NCBI GenBank assembly: GCA_039096225.1
Contig: JBBPEB010000008.1
Location: 1-64,000 of the forward strand
Direction of reading: 5' to 3'
Length of the DNA stretch: 64,000 nucleotides
Source: Blastocystis sp. Blastoise
Taxonomy: Eukaryota > Protista > Bigyra: Opalinata
Position numbers and translations under genes: made by a program. The notes beneath the pieces were generated by a model. That model was given only the letters and a program-made list of their open reading frames with translations. It made no database searches and was not told the DNA's origin. This document shows positions 53,314-64,000 of this stretch, one piece after another. Position 1 is the first letter of the stretch; the number at the start of each line of letters is the position of its first letter.

Positions 53314-56300
53314 TTATTCAATATTTCGTTGAGTTAGTTCAATATGAGCAGCAGAAGAATGTAGTCTAGAAATATTTTTTGTAATTAGTCTAGAATCAGA
53401 AAGAGATAGTCTCCAATACTTATAGGCCCATTCTAAGACTATATCATTAATTTTTGATATTAAAAAGTATAAGTATCTTCCTTTGAGTTTTGAGACTTGA
53501 GATATATTATGAATAGTAGATTCAGGAATTGTCCCAGAGGCACCAAGTATAACAGTATAGTAGGAGATTTGTTTATTAGGGAAATCATGTTGTAATTTTT
53601 GTATAGCTTCATCATATGAATGATCTTTAGTATGTTTCATTTCTAAGATAGTATCACGAGTTCCATCTACTTGTTCATAAGTAACACCAATTTCTACCAT
53701 TCTTATTTCTTTCTCACTTGTAATTATAATATCTGGACGACGATTAGCCCATTCCTCTTTATTCTTACCATCATATAGAATAGTATTCATTGATTTTTCT
53801 TGATTGACTTTATAAATAGTATAAGGAAGAGCTTTTGCCAAAGATCTAGTTAAACATTCTCGTATTTCATTATGTCTTTTGCTAATCAGATCGTGTCCAT
53901 TTTCATTTCTAGAGATTCTAGCACAAGTAGTCATGATGTGTGTTTGACTATGTATTCTTGATTCATTTTTAGTTTTCAAACAATAAGGACATAAAGCGAC
54001 AGTATCATGTAGAGTAGGTTTCTTTCCTTTCGGATCTTGTCTTCTATAAGCCATCTCACCAGTATATAGGGTTCTCATTCGAAGATTCAATAAGGCACAG
54101 TATTTTGAAGGATTAATATGTTTTGTTTTGTATATCCATTTGTTACACGATATATTATTATTCAAATATTTAGTATATTGCAAATAGGAGTATTCTTTCA
54201 GCATAGAAGCATGTCTTATTTTCAAAGATTCATTTAATAATTTACACATCTTACGTTTCACATCTTTCGCTTCTATAAATTTCGATATACTATTATCAGT
54301 ACTTCTTATTCTTATTCCAGCTCCATTTTTCGGATTATTTTCATAGTAACATATGTCCATGTTTAAAGCAACTATAGCATCAATTGCTTTTCTTATATAA
54401 GGGAAGGGATGGTTCAGTGTAGTAAAGTCTATATCTAGAGGAATAATAGTATTATTTTCTTTCTTTGCTTTTAAGGGTTTGTTAATATTGTTGATAGATA
54501 GATTAAAGAATACCAAATCTTTCTTTCTAGTTTCAGGGATTTCAGTAGGAATATGGCCTCTCATATAGTTTATTGGATCATTAATCACATATAGAGAATT
54601 TTGTAGAGTAGTATATCTAAGAGCATAATATAAAGTATTTCTAATATTTATATCATTTGAATTAGCCATTCTTACCAGTAGAGAAGCTTTACCAATATAG
54701 TACCTATCTAACAACGAAGTAACACCAAGTCCACCATCTCGTATTGAAGTGCTATAAAAGTCTTTAGGCCAGACAGAAGAACATCCATTCCAATTCTTAA
54801 CATTATTTCTTATTAGTACATCCAGTTCTTTTATTTTAAGTATATTAGTATCACCATTTCTAGCCAAGAATTCAATACAAGGAATAATATATTGACGAAG
54901 AGTTATTAATTTTTGATGAGGACTAATAGGAATAGTATTTAAAGAATTTATTTTTTCTTTGATTTCATCTAACGTATTCACCCAGAATTCTCTTCGTTTA
55001 GTAATGGATTCACCCATAGGACATCCTAAATATCTTTGGATTTCAGTATCTTTAAGTAGAGTAATCACTTCATTATTATAAGTAGGAGGAGGAGGAGTAT
55101 ACGTAAGTTTTCTATTTCCATCATTGGAATATTTCATCGCTAAACACTTACATTTATTAACCGATAGTTTCATATGATATATATTAAGTATTTCTTTTAC
55201 CTTTCCTAAAAGAACTTCCGTATCTTCTTTATTGTTAGCTAGCAGGACGATATCATCTGCATAAGCATAAGCATTACTTTCTGATATAACAATAGGATTA
55301 TTAGGAGTAGTGTTATCTTTAATATTCATCATCATGGCTTGATTATTGTTCAGGTAATTCAATAAAGGATTAAGTATAATATTGAATAGAAGAGGAGATA
55401 GGGGATCACCTTGTCTTATTCCACGCTTTAAGTATATAGGATCTGTATATGAATTTTTGGTTAATCTTATAACAGTATTAGCAGAAGAGTATAAGGATAG
55501 AATAATATTTCTGAAGTCTATAGGGAAGTTCATATATTGAAGAATTTGATGCATTAATCTTTGAGGTACCGTATCATAGGCCTTCTCCAAGTCGAGGAAA
55601 GTAAAATAGGCAGCAGTTTTAGCTCTTCTAGATAGTTTAAAGTTAGCTATGTAGTTTTGTAGTATGAAATTAAGTTCTTCACAACCAGGTATTCCAGATA
55701 TAAATCCTTTTTGATATTTTGACATAAAGTTTTGTTTATTGTTTAGTTCATTCATGTAGGTAACCATTATAGAAGAAAGTATTTTTGATTCAGTATTTTG
55801 TAAAGCCAAAGGTCTCCAGTTTCCTAAGCTACTAGGATCCGATTTATTTTTGTCTAGTAGGCAAGTGATAGAGGAACTCCAAGATTTTAGAGTAATACCA
55901 TTCGAACGACATATTTCTAATATATAAGCCAATAGAGAACAAGCAGAAGAGGAGTATTTGTAAACTTCATAAGGGAGACCATTAGGACCAGGAGTACTGT
56001 TATTTGGTAAAAATTTTAATGCATGTCTAATTCTTTCATAGGTTATCTTATTAAGGGCAGGAGGATTTAGTAATTGTTTAGTATTTGATTTTATAATATC
56101 TGGAAGTAATATATTATCTGAAGTTTCTTGTGAATCATATAGTTTCGTAAATTGTTCTTGTAAATCCTTAGAAGGTATTTCACAATATCTAGGAGTAGTT
56201 TTAGAGAATACTTTACTTCTTAAGAAAGCTTTAGTATTCTTATCAAATTCGGATTGTATTTTCTTAGCATCATTAATAGAAGTAATTCTTATTTTAGCTT

Positions 56301-59300
56301 CTTTAAGTTGGTTAATATTCCATAAGCATGATTCTATCTCATTCATTATAAGATTTAATATCTCTTTCCATTGTTCTAGAGTAAGTAGAGGAGTATTATT
56401 ATTTTCATTATCTTTCTGTAAGATATTTAATATATTTATTTTTAATTCTTCATCTTCATCAAAGAGTGTAATAGATTGTAGTTTATTTTTCCAATTAAGG
56501 ATAGACTCAGAAAGAGTAGAAGAGATAGTATAGGATTCAGTTTCAGGAATATTAGGTAATATAGTATGATTCAAATCGTATTTTAGAGTATCTAGATTAC
56601 TTTTTAGATTATTATAGTATTTCTTTAAAGCTTCAATTTCATTATCCGTAGATTTTCTGAAAGGATTATTATCAAAGAAATCATCATTCGTTTGTTTGAA
56701 ATTATTATTCATATGTATAGTGTTAGTATTATTAGTAGGAGTAGTAGTAGTAGGAGGAGGGGAAGTAGTAGGAGGAGAAGCAGTAGAAGGAGAAGTAGTA
56801 TCAGTAGAGGGAGTAGTACCATTTATAGTAGTAGATCGATTAGTAGTAGTAGTAGTAGAAGGACTTAAATCCATATAGTTCTTATATTTTTTATTCTTTT
56901 TATATTTGTTTTTATTACTATAATTGTTTATAGGATGATTATAATTATTCTTTCTTCTATTATATCTATGTTGATTATAATCATGATTATTTCCAGGAAT
57001 ATTTTGAGTATCATATCGATTTTGAGTATTCCCATGATTATTCTGAGAAATATCATGAGTATTCATAGCATCCGTATTATTAGTAGTATTCTGAAGATTA
57101 TTAGGAGAAGAACCAGTATAGTTTTGATTTTGACCATAACCGCGATTATTTTGAGAAATATCATGCATATCCATATACTTCTTTCTATATTGATTATTCT
57201 TTCTAGTATATGTTTTCTTTAAGTTTCTATATTGGTTATTTGATCTATATGAATTGCTATTTCTATTTTTTCCAGCATAAGAATATTTATTTGAAGAATT
57301 CTTATCATTATAGTTATTCCTTTGAGAAGGAGAATAACTATTATTCTTTCTGTATATAGTATTATATTTCTTAATAGAACTGTTGTTATTGAGATTATTA
57401 TTACGCCAAGATCTATAAGTAGGAGTAGAATTATTATATATCCAATTATAGAGTTCATTTTGAATATAATCACATATATTATTGAAGGAATTAATCATTT
57501 CGTTATTCATCTGTATAGTATTCGATTCATCAGAGGAGTTAGGGAAAGGAGTAACAAGAGGTATGAGTTTATCTTCTATAAATTTGTTAAATCTAATGAA
57601 ACTTTTCCAATTTCCTAATTTATGTATAGCCATGGAAGAAAGTCGTCTTTTAGGAGTATTATCTACTTTGATAGTTTTTGAGAATTGTATAGTTTTCTGA
57701 ATATTAATAGGAGAGTAAGTAGAAAGGAGATCTTCAGTATTAGGAATTCGAGGAGCCTTTATATAATCATCATATTTTGATTTATTCTTAGTATTCTTAT
57801 TTCTATTTCCTTTTTGTGTAGAATTCTTTTTATTCTTTTGAGTTGAATTATTTGTAGAAGTATTTTCTTGAGTATTAGAAGATTCAATATCCATCATAGT
57901 ATCATTATTAGTATTCATAGTAGTAGAAGCTATTTCTTCTTGTATTTCCATAGTATTCATAGGAGTATTTGTTTCAGAATTACTCATGTTTTGATCTATA
58001 TCTATATCAATATCTATAGTATTATTATTGTTTAAAATTTCATTCGTATTGATAGGAAGAGGAGTAGTAGTAGTTTCTATAGTAGTAGTAGTTTCTGTAG
58101 TAGTCTTCTTAGATCCATTTATGTCTTTTTGAGTAGAATTAAGTGGAGTAAAATTAAAATCTATATTCGAGAGACTTATATGATTTTCAAGAGGAATAGG
58201 AGAATTCATAGGAGAGGTAGTAGTTGAAGTGGATGTAGAAGAAATATTAATTATCGATTCATCAGAAGATACATCATAGTATTCATTTCGATTCTGTATT
58301 GTAGTTGTATTATTCATTTGAGTATTAGTTTCATCAAGATTAATAGTATTTCTCTTATTTTGTGTATTTTCTTCTTCATTAGTTATAGATGTAGTAATCT
58401 CCTTGTTTGTAGTAATATTCATAGTATTATTTACTAAATCCTTATGGATAGATTCCTTTTGCTGATTAATATTATTTGTATTAGAATCGATAGTATTCAA
58501 AGTAGAAGGAATACTATTAATATCTATATCTAATTCCATATCTATATTTTCTATAGAACTATTAGGAGACAATTGAGTATTATTTATAGAAGGAGAAGAT
58601 ATAATAGTATTGTTTATTATATTGGTATTTATTTGATCTATATTCATAGAAGAAGATAAGTTTGTTGAATCTATATTAGAAGGAGATTCTATAGATATAG
58701 GAGATTCTATAGTAGAAGAAATATTGACTGTAATAGGAGATTCTATAGATATAGAAGATTCTATTATAGTATGATCATCTGGATTTATAGTAGTATTCAT
58801 GATAATAGGAGTATCAATATTATTTGTAGTATTTGTAGAAGAAGAAGAAATATGTATAGGAATAGAATTAGAATTAATTATAGAATTTGAGATAGAAGGA
58901 ATAGTAGGTTCAATAGTAGTTATAGAATCAGAAGGAACAGGAGATAAAAAGGTACCCATATTAGTATGTGTATTATCCTCAATTTCATTTTGTATATAGT
59001 TATTTGTTGTATCACTTGGAGTTATTCTTTCTTGTATAGGGATTTCATTTTGTTTCGCTACTTCATTTATTGGAGCACTAGAATTTCTATGTTTATTTGA
59101 ATAAATATTTCTGAGAGTTCGTAGTAAGTAGAACAGTGTATTCACACTTGACTGAGGGAATAACATGGAGAATGCTTTTTGGCGGGTAATTCTTTTTTGA
59201 ATTCTAGGCCTATTTTTTCTTTTCTCGTAGATAAACATTAAAGTGAAGTGATTTATAAATTCCTTTAAGGATTCTATATTATTCCATTTCTTTCCATTTT

Positions 59301-61020
59301 TATGTTTTTTTATTGTATTATAACCAATTAGAAATTCAGGTTTTGCCGGGAAAAGCCAATTAAATTTAGTAGGAAAATCTTTAGGAGGAGAAGTAATAGT
59401 ATATATATTAGTAGGAAAAGAAAGAATAAATTCATTATTTTCAATAGTATTTAGTATAGTTTCATTTGTAGGAATCTCATTTTCATCTATTATATCATTA
59501 GGAGTAAGTATAGGTATTTCTATATTAGAATCAGAATTCGTATATATATCTTGATCCTCTTGTTCGGTATTATTTAAATTGATAGAAATAGGTTCATCTT
59601 CAGAGGATAAAAGGGAGGTAGTTTGTATAGAAGGATGAATAATTTCATTTCCAATAGGAGTATTATTTGTAATTGTAGCAGTATCTATTATAGTAGTATT
59701 TGAAGATGTAGATAAAGAAGGAGATAGTTCTAGTGTAGGATTTCTTGCCCAAGAAGGAGGATTCGTATCATTTGGGAATATTCTATTGTGTAGTAATTGA
59801 CTAAGTGTAGGAGTAGGAGGAGAATCAGAAGATTCAGGAGAATTTATAGCATCAGGAGAGTTTATAGAATCAGAAGAATCCATAGAAAAAGAAGAATCCA
59901 TAGGAGCAGAAGAATCAAGAGCATTAGAAGAAACCATAGAAGCAGAAGAATAAATAGAATTAGTAGAATCAACAAAAGCAGAAGAATCAATAGCATTAGA
60001 AGAATTCATTAAATTAGTAGATTCAGAAGTATTTAAAACAGTAGAATTAGATTGTGTAATGTTAACAGTAGGAATATTTTCATGAGTAGAAATAATAGAT
60101 AAATTAGTAGATTCGTTAGTAGAATTGTTCAACAGGGATTCTTTTGTAGAGGACACATTTTCAGGAGTAGATAACGCATTAGAAGAAATAATAGTAGTAG
60201 AATTTTCATTAAGAGTGTTTGTAGCCACCGAAATAACCATAGGTACATCATTTTGTTGATTTAGAGTCGTATTTTGTGTAGGAAGTCCAAGATTGGTAGT
60301 AGATTTTTGAGTAGATTTCACGTTTTGTTTAGGATCATCATAATCAATCCAAATGTTTACATTAGTAGACCAAGACTTAGCAAAGGCATCAGAAGACCAA
60401 CCAGTAGAAGACCAAGATTCATCTTTCTTTTCAGAAGTATTTTCAGTAGAAGGTTTCAAAGGTTCAGAATTCACTTGTAGAGAAGAGTCAAGAGGAGGGT
60501 TCAAAGGAGTATCCACTCTTTTTCGAATAGACTTGTATTGTGTAGATATCGGAGACATAATTCGTTTCTTAGCCGAGGAAGTAGTATCTACGTAGAGGGT
60601 ATCACTTTCAGAAAGTACCCAGTTAGAAGAATTGTTTGTAGTTGTAGTAGTTGAACCAGTAAGAGATAAGTCTATTAATTCTTTAGTATTTAAAGAATAA
60701 TCTTGTTTATTTTGAGGATCTATTTTAGTAGTAGTAGAATCACGGGAGAACTCGGAGTTTTGTGGGATTTCAAATCCGGAAAAAACCAATTTTGATCTTG
60801 GATCACCATTTTCATCATAATTTTTTTGTTTTTCGTTTTTCTCATCTTCCACAGATTTAATTCGTTTCTCGTTTATCTGTAAACTGTTCTCATCGCTAGG
60901 GCTAGGAGCAGAAGAAGACGCCAGGTTCGTAGACCCAGATTTATCTCTGATCTTCAGATCAACTTGGAGTTTTGACTCCGGAACTTCACCGTTGTTACTA
61001 AAATGGATTGCTGATTGCAT
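53314..61020 (-). CDS. RT + CCHC + restriction-like endonuclease polyprotein, 2,568 aa from first ATG
   Basis: PGPNG, NWRPLAL, QKGF, FLDLEKAYDTV, GIRQGDPLSPLLFN, AYADD, YLG, GGLG, CPYC...HIMTTC, RHN, RPDII..E. No apurinic endonuclease, RNase H or integrase recognised. Confidence 0.95.
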   Translation of the reverse strand: MQSAIHFSNNGEVPESKLQVDLKIRDKSGSTNLASSSAPSPSDENSLQINEKRIKSVEDEKNEKQKNYDENGDPRSKLVFSGFEIPQNSEFSRDSTTTKIDPQNKQDYSLNTKELIDLSLTGSTTTTTNNSSNWVLSESDTLYVDTTSSAKKRIMSPISTQYKSIRKRVDTPLNPPLDSSLQVNSEPLKPSTENTSEKKDESWSSTGWSSDAFAKSWSTNVNIWIDYDDPKQNVKSTQKSTTNLGLPTQNTTLNQQNDVPMVISVATNTLNENSTTIISSNALSTPENVSSTKESLLNNSTNESTNLSIISTHENIPTVNITQSNSTVLNTSESTNLMNSSNAIDSSAFVDSTNSIYSSASMVSSNALDSSAPMDSSFSMDSSDSINSPDAINSPESSDSPPTPTLSQLLHNRIFPNDTNPPSWARNPTLELSPSLSTSSNTTIIDTATITNNTPIGNEIIHPSIQTTSLLSSEDEPISINLNNTEQEDQDIYTNSDSNIEIPILTPNDIIDENEIPTNETILNTIENNEFILSFPTNIYTITSPPKDFPTKFNWLFPAKPEFLIGYNTIKKHKNGKKWNNIESLKEFINHFTLMFIYEKRKNRPRIQKRITRQKAFSMLFPQSSVNTLFYLLRTLRNIYSNKHRNSSAPINEVAKQNEIPIQERITPSDTTNNYIQNEIEDNTHTNMGTFLSPVPSDSITTIEPTIPSISNSIINSNSIPIHISSSSTNTTNNIDTPIIMNTTINPDDHTIIESSISIESPITVNISSTIESPISIESPSNIDSTNLSSSMNIDQINTNIINNTIISSPSINNTQLSPNSSIENIDMELDIDINSIPSTLNTIDSNTNNINQQKESIHKDLVNNTMNITTNKEITTSITNEEENTQNKRNTINLDETNTQMNNTTTIQNRNEYYDVSSDESIINISSTSTSTTTSPMNSPIPLENHISLSNIDFNFTPLNSTQKDINGSKKTTTETTTTIETTTTPLPINTNEILNNNNTIDIDIDIDQNMSNSETNTPMNTMEIQEEIASTTMNTNNDTMMDIESSNTQENTSTNNSTQKNKKNSTQKGNRNKNTKNKSKYDDYIKAPRIPNTEDLLSTYSPINIQKTIQFSKTIKVDNTPKRRLSSMAIHKLGNWKSFIRFNKFIEDKLIPLVTPFPNSSDESNTIQMNNEMINSFNNICDYIQNELYNWIYNNSTPTYRSWRNNNLNNNSSIKKYNTIYRKNNSYSPSQRNNYNDKNSSNKYSYAGKNRNSNSYRSNNQYRNLKKTYTRKNNQYRKKYMDMHDISQNNRGYGQNQNYTGSSPNNLQNTTNNTDAMNTHDISQNNHGNTQNRYDTQNIPGNNHDYNQHRYNRRKNNYNHPINNYSNKNKYKKNKKYKNYMDLSPSTTTTTNRSTTINGTTPSTDTTSPSTASPPTTSPPPTTTTPTNNTNTIHMNNNFKQTNDDFFDNNPFRKSTDNEIEALKKYYNNLKSNLDTLKYDLNHTILPNIPETESYTISSTLSESILNWKNKLQSITLFDEDEELKINILNILQKDNENNNTPLLTLEQWKEILNLIMNEIESCLWNINQLKEAKIRITSINDAKKIQSEFDKNTKAFLRSKVFSKTTPRYCEIPSKDLQEQFTKLYDSQETSDNILLPDIIKSNTKQLLNPPALNKITYERIRHALKFLPNNSTPGPNGLPYEVYKYSSSACSLLAYILEICRSNGITLKSWSSSITCLLDKNKSDPSSLGNWRPLALQNTESKILSSIMVTYMNELNNKQNFMSKYQKGFISGIPGCEELNFILQNYIANFKLSRRAKTAAYFTFLDLEKAYDTVPQRLMHQILQYMNFPIDFRNIILSLYSSANTVIRLTKNSYTDPIYLKRGIRQGDPLSPLLFNIILNPLLNYLNNNQAMMMNIKDNTTPNNPIVISESNAYAYADDIVLLANNKEDTEVLLGKVKEILNIYHMKLSVNKCKCLAMKYSNDGNRKLTYTPPPPTYNNEVITLLKDTEIQRYLGCPMGESITKRREFWVNTLDEIKEKINSLNTIPISPHQKLITLRQYIIPCIEFLARNGDTNILKIKELDVLIRNNVKNWNGCSSVWPKDFYSTSIRDGGLGVTSLLDRYYIGKASLLVRMANSNDINIRNTLYYALRYTTLQNSLYVINDPINYMRGHIPTEIPETRKKDLVFFNLSINNINKPLKAKKENNTIIPLDIDFTTLNHPFPYIRKAIDAIVALNMDICYYENNPKNGAGIRIRSTDNSISKFIEAKDVKRKMCKLLNESLKIRHASMLKEYSYLQYTKYLNNNISCNKWIYKTKHINPSKYCALLNLRMRTLYTGEMAYRRQDPKGKKPTLHDTVALCPYCLKTKNESRIHSQTHIMTTCARISRNENGHDLISKRHNEIRECLTRSLAKALPYTIYKVNQEKSMNTILYDGKNKEEWANRRPDIIITSEKEIRMVEIGVTYEQVDGTRDTILEMKHTKDHSYDEAIQKLQHDFPNKQISYYTVILGASGTIPESTIHNISQVSKLKGRYLYFLISKINDIVLEWAYKYWRLSLSDSRLITKNISRLHSSAAHIELTQRNIE

Positions 61021-61038
61021 GAGGATATAAAAAAAATG

Positions 61039-64000
61039 TAAAAAAGAAACGCCTGATAGGGGGATCGAACCCCAAGTGTTAGCCAATTAAAGTAACCATT
61101 TGTACCAGAGAGAACGGTACACAAACAGAAAAAGAACATAAAAAAATTAAAATAAATTTAAAATATCATTTAATAACTTTTGTTCATTTTGTTTTGTTTA
61201 AGTATGTTTTACCACGGGGATATCACAACACATGTATTTCATATGCACCTTAAAATAACCAATAGGACTCTCTGAATGGGATTTGTGTACTGATACCAGA
61301 TCTAGTAACACAATTTTAACACCTCCCAAGCATTTCTGGGATATAGCTGATGTATAGGTACAATATACCTTTCATATCACGACTATATATATGTAATTAA
61401 TATAATTTAATTGATTTAATTAATATTAAAGGTTAATAAGTAGTAGAATAATTTTTTAAGTAATATTTTTAAGATAAGAGTTTAATAAATAGTAAGTAAG
61501 AGAAAAAGAGAAAATTCAATCTATAAATATATAGATATTCAATCAGAGCTGATTATAAATTCAATCAGTATAAATAAGTTTTCATTAAATAGAATTAGAA
61601 TAAGATATAAAGAAAAGATTTCAATAAAAAGATATATATAAAAAGTAGTAAATTATAAAATCAAGTAAAAGTAATATATCCAATATAATATATAGAGGAT
61701 AGGGAGTAGATATATATAGTAAGTATAATATAAAGTAGAATTATTAATATAATATCCATTGTAATATGTAGAGGATAAGTAGTAGATAAATTTCATCAAT
61801 ATAGTATAAGTAGAAGTAGTATATTCAATATAGTATATGGAGGATGAATAGAAGTATTATAGAGGATAATTAGTAGTATATATTATTCCATATAGTAATA
61901 TATATTATTCAATATTTCGTTGAGTTAGTTCAATATGAGCAGCAGAAGAATGTAGTCTAGAAATATTTTTTGTAATTAGTCTAGAATCAGAAAGAGATAG
62001 TCTCCAATACTTATAGGCCCATTCTAAGACTATATCATTAATTTTTGATATTAAAAAGTATAAGTATCTTCCTTTGAGTTTTGAGACTTGAGATATATTA
62101 TGAATAGTAGATTCAGGAATTGTCCCAGAGGCACCAAGTATAACAGTATAGTAGGAGATTTGTTTATTAGGGAAATCATGTTGTAATTTTTGTATAGCTT
62201 CATCATATGAATGATCTTTAGTATGTTTCATTTCTAAGATAGTATCACGAGTTCCATCTACTTGTTCATAAGTAACACCAATTTCTACCATTCTTATTTC
62301 TTTCTCACTTGTAATTATAATATCTGGACGACGATTAGCCCATTCCTCTTTATTCTTACCATCATATAGAATAGTATTCATTGATTTTTCTTGATTGACT
62401 TTATAAATAGTATAAGGAAGAGCTTTTGCCAAAGATCTAGTTAAACATTCTCGTATTTCATTATGTCTTTTGCTAATCAGATCGTGTCCATTTTCATTTC
62501 TAGAGATTCTAGCACAAGTAGTCATGATGTGTGTTTGACTATGTATTCTTGATTCATTTTTAGTTTTCAAACAATAAGGACATAAAGCGACAGTATCATG
62601 TAGAGTAGGTTTCTTTCCTTTCGGATCTTGTCTTCTATAAGCCATCTCACCAGTATATAGGGTTCTCATTCGAAGATTCAATAAGGCACAGTATTTTGAA
62701 GGATTAATATGTTTTGTTTTGTATATCCATTTGTTACACGATATATTATTATTCAAATATTTAGTATATTGCAAATAGGAGTATTCTTTCAGCATAGAAG
62801 CATGTCTTATTTTCAAAGATTCATTTAATAATTTACACATCTTACGTTTCACATCTTTCGCTTCTATAAATTTCGATATACTATTATCAGTACTTCTTAT
62901 TCTTATTCCAGCTCCATTTTTCGGATTATTTTCATAGTAACATATGTCCATGTTTAAAGCAACTATAGCATCAATTGCTTTTCTTATATAAGGGAAGGGA
63001 TGGTTCAGTGTAGTAAAGTCTATATCTAGAGGAATAATAGTATTATTTTCTTTCTTTGCTTTTAAGGGTTTGTTAATATTGTTGATAGATAGATTAAAGA
63101 ATACCAAATCTTTCTTTCTAGTTTCAGGGATTTCAGTAGGAATATGGCCTCTCATATAGTTTATTGGATCATTAATCACATATAGAGAATTTTGTAGAGT
63201 AGTATATCTAAGAGCATAATATAAAGTATTTCTAATATTTATATCATTTGAATTAGCCATTCTTACCAGTAGAGAAGCTTTACCAATATAGTACCTATCT
63301 AACAACGAAGTAACACCAAGTCCACCATCTCGTATTGAAGTGCTATAAAAGTCTTTAGGCCAGACAGAAGAACATCCATTCCAATTCTTAACATTATTTC
63401 TTATTAGTACATCCAGTTCTTTTATTTTAAGTATATTAGTATCACCATTTCTAGCCAAGAATTCAATACAAGGAATAATATATTGACGAAGAGTTATTAA
63501 TTTTTGATGAGGACTAATAGGAATAGTATTTAAAGAATTTATTTTTTCTTTGATTTCATCTAACGTATTCACCCAGAATTCTCTTCGTTTAGTAATGGAT
63601 TCACCCATAGGACATCCTAAATATCTTTGGATTTCAGTATCTTTAAGTAGAGTAATCACTTCATTATTATAAGTAGGAGGAGGAGGAGTATACGTAAGTT
63701 TTCTATTTCCATCATTGGAATATTTCATCGCTAAACACTTACATTTATTAACCGATAGTTTCATATGATATATATTAAGTATTTCTTTTACCTTTCCTAA
63801 AAGAACTTCCGTATCTTCTTTATTGTTAGCTAGCAGGACGATATCATCTGCATAAGCATAAGCATTACTTTCTGATATAACAATAGGATTATTAGGAGTA
63901 GTGTTATCTTTAATATTCATCATCATGGCTTGATTATTGTTCAGGTAATTCAATAAAGGATTAAGTATAATATTGAATAGAAGAGGAGATAGGGGATCAC
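61039..64000 (-). mobile_element. Second retrotransposon unit (3' part; runs off window)
   Basis: Identical by eye to the 3' part of unit 1. Confidence 0.93.
61905..64000 (-). CDS. RT-RLE polyprotein, C-terminal part of unit 2
   Basis: The 682-aa track ORF is identical to the C-terminus of the unit 1 ORF. Confidence 0.93.
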   Translation of the reverse strand, partial: DPLSPLLFNIILNPLLNYLNNNQAMMMNIKDNTTPNNPIVISESNAYAYADDIVLLANNKEDTEVLLGKVKEILNIYHMKLSVNKCKCLAMKYSNDGNRKLTYTPPPPTYNNEVITLLKDTEIQRYLGCPMGESITKRREFWVNTLDEIKEKINSLNTIPISPHQKLITLRQYIIPCIEFLARNGDTNILKIKELDVLIRNNVKNWNGCSSVWPKDFYSTSIRDGGLGVTSLLDRYYIGKASLLVRMANSNDINIRNTLYYALRYTTLQNSLYVINDPINYMRGHIPTEIPETRKKDLVFFNLSINNINKPLKAKKENNTIIPLDIDFTTLNHPFPYIRKAIDAIVALNMDICYYENNPKNGAGIRIRSTDNSISKFIEAKDVKRKMCKLLNESLKIRHASMLKEYSYLQYTKYLNNNISCNKWIYKTKHINPSKYCALLNLRMRTLYTGEMAYRRQDPKGKKPTLHDTVALCPYCLKTKNESRIHSQTHIMTTCARISRNENGHDLISKRHNEIRECLTRSLAKALPYTIYKVNQEKSMNTILYDGKNKEEWANRRPDIIITSEKEIRMVEIGVTYEQVDGTRDTILEMKHTKDHSYDEAIQKLQHDFPNKQISYYTVILGASGTIPESTIHNISQVSKLKGRYLYFLISKINDIVLEWAYKYWRLSLSDSRLITKNISRLHSSAAHIELTQRNIE

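Larger units (their letters stand above)
52448..61038 (-). mobile_element. Non-LTR retrotransposon, RLE (R2-group) type, unit 1 of a head-to-tail tandem (8,591 bp)
   Basis: 52448-55409 is repeated at 61039-64000 (offset 8,591). Single RT-RLE ORF; ~866-nt 3' region. Confidence 0.92.

Overview
Very AT-rich, intron-rich eukaryotic DNA. It looks like a protist; the Ig-repeat surface protein and ~35-70 nt introns suggest a Blastocystis-like stramenopile, but that is inference only. Bases 1-28612 are a Helitron nest. It holds an autonomous Helitron that starts left of the window, ends at 16535 and is interrupted by a 13.8-kb reverse-oriented composite element (1761-15518; three stacked 5' ends, one 3' end). 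A second, intact 12,075-bp autonomous Helitron follows head-to-tail (16538-28612). The Helitrons carry unusual cargo: (i) a predicted 15-exon RepHel gene whose introns are all phase 1, with an N-terminal micro-exon cassette, and (ii) a divergent antisense spliced unit ending in a 67-68 nt tRNA-like cloverleaf with compensatory base changes (5 copies). Bases 29000-51200 are host genes: QRT3-like beta-helix fragment, steroid 5-alpha-reductase, kinesin-5, mL49, Sm/ataxin-2-like protein, RBR/ZZ protein and a large Ig-repeat membrane protein. A 140-bp hAT-like MITE candidate lies at 51562-51701. Bases 52448-64000 are a head-to-tail tandem of an 8,591-bp RLE-type non-LTR retrotransposon. Its units end in a tRNA-like/B-box element plus a T-run instead of poly(A). 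All alignments and structures were made by eye.
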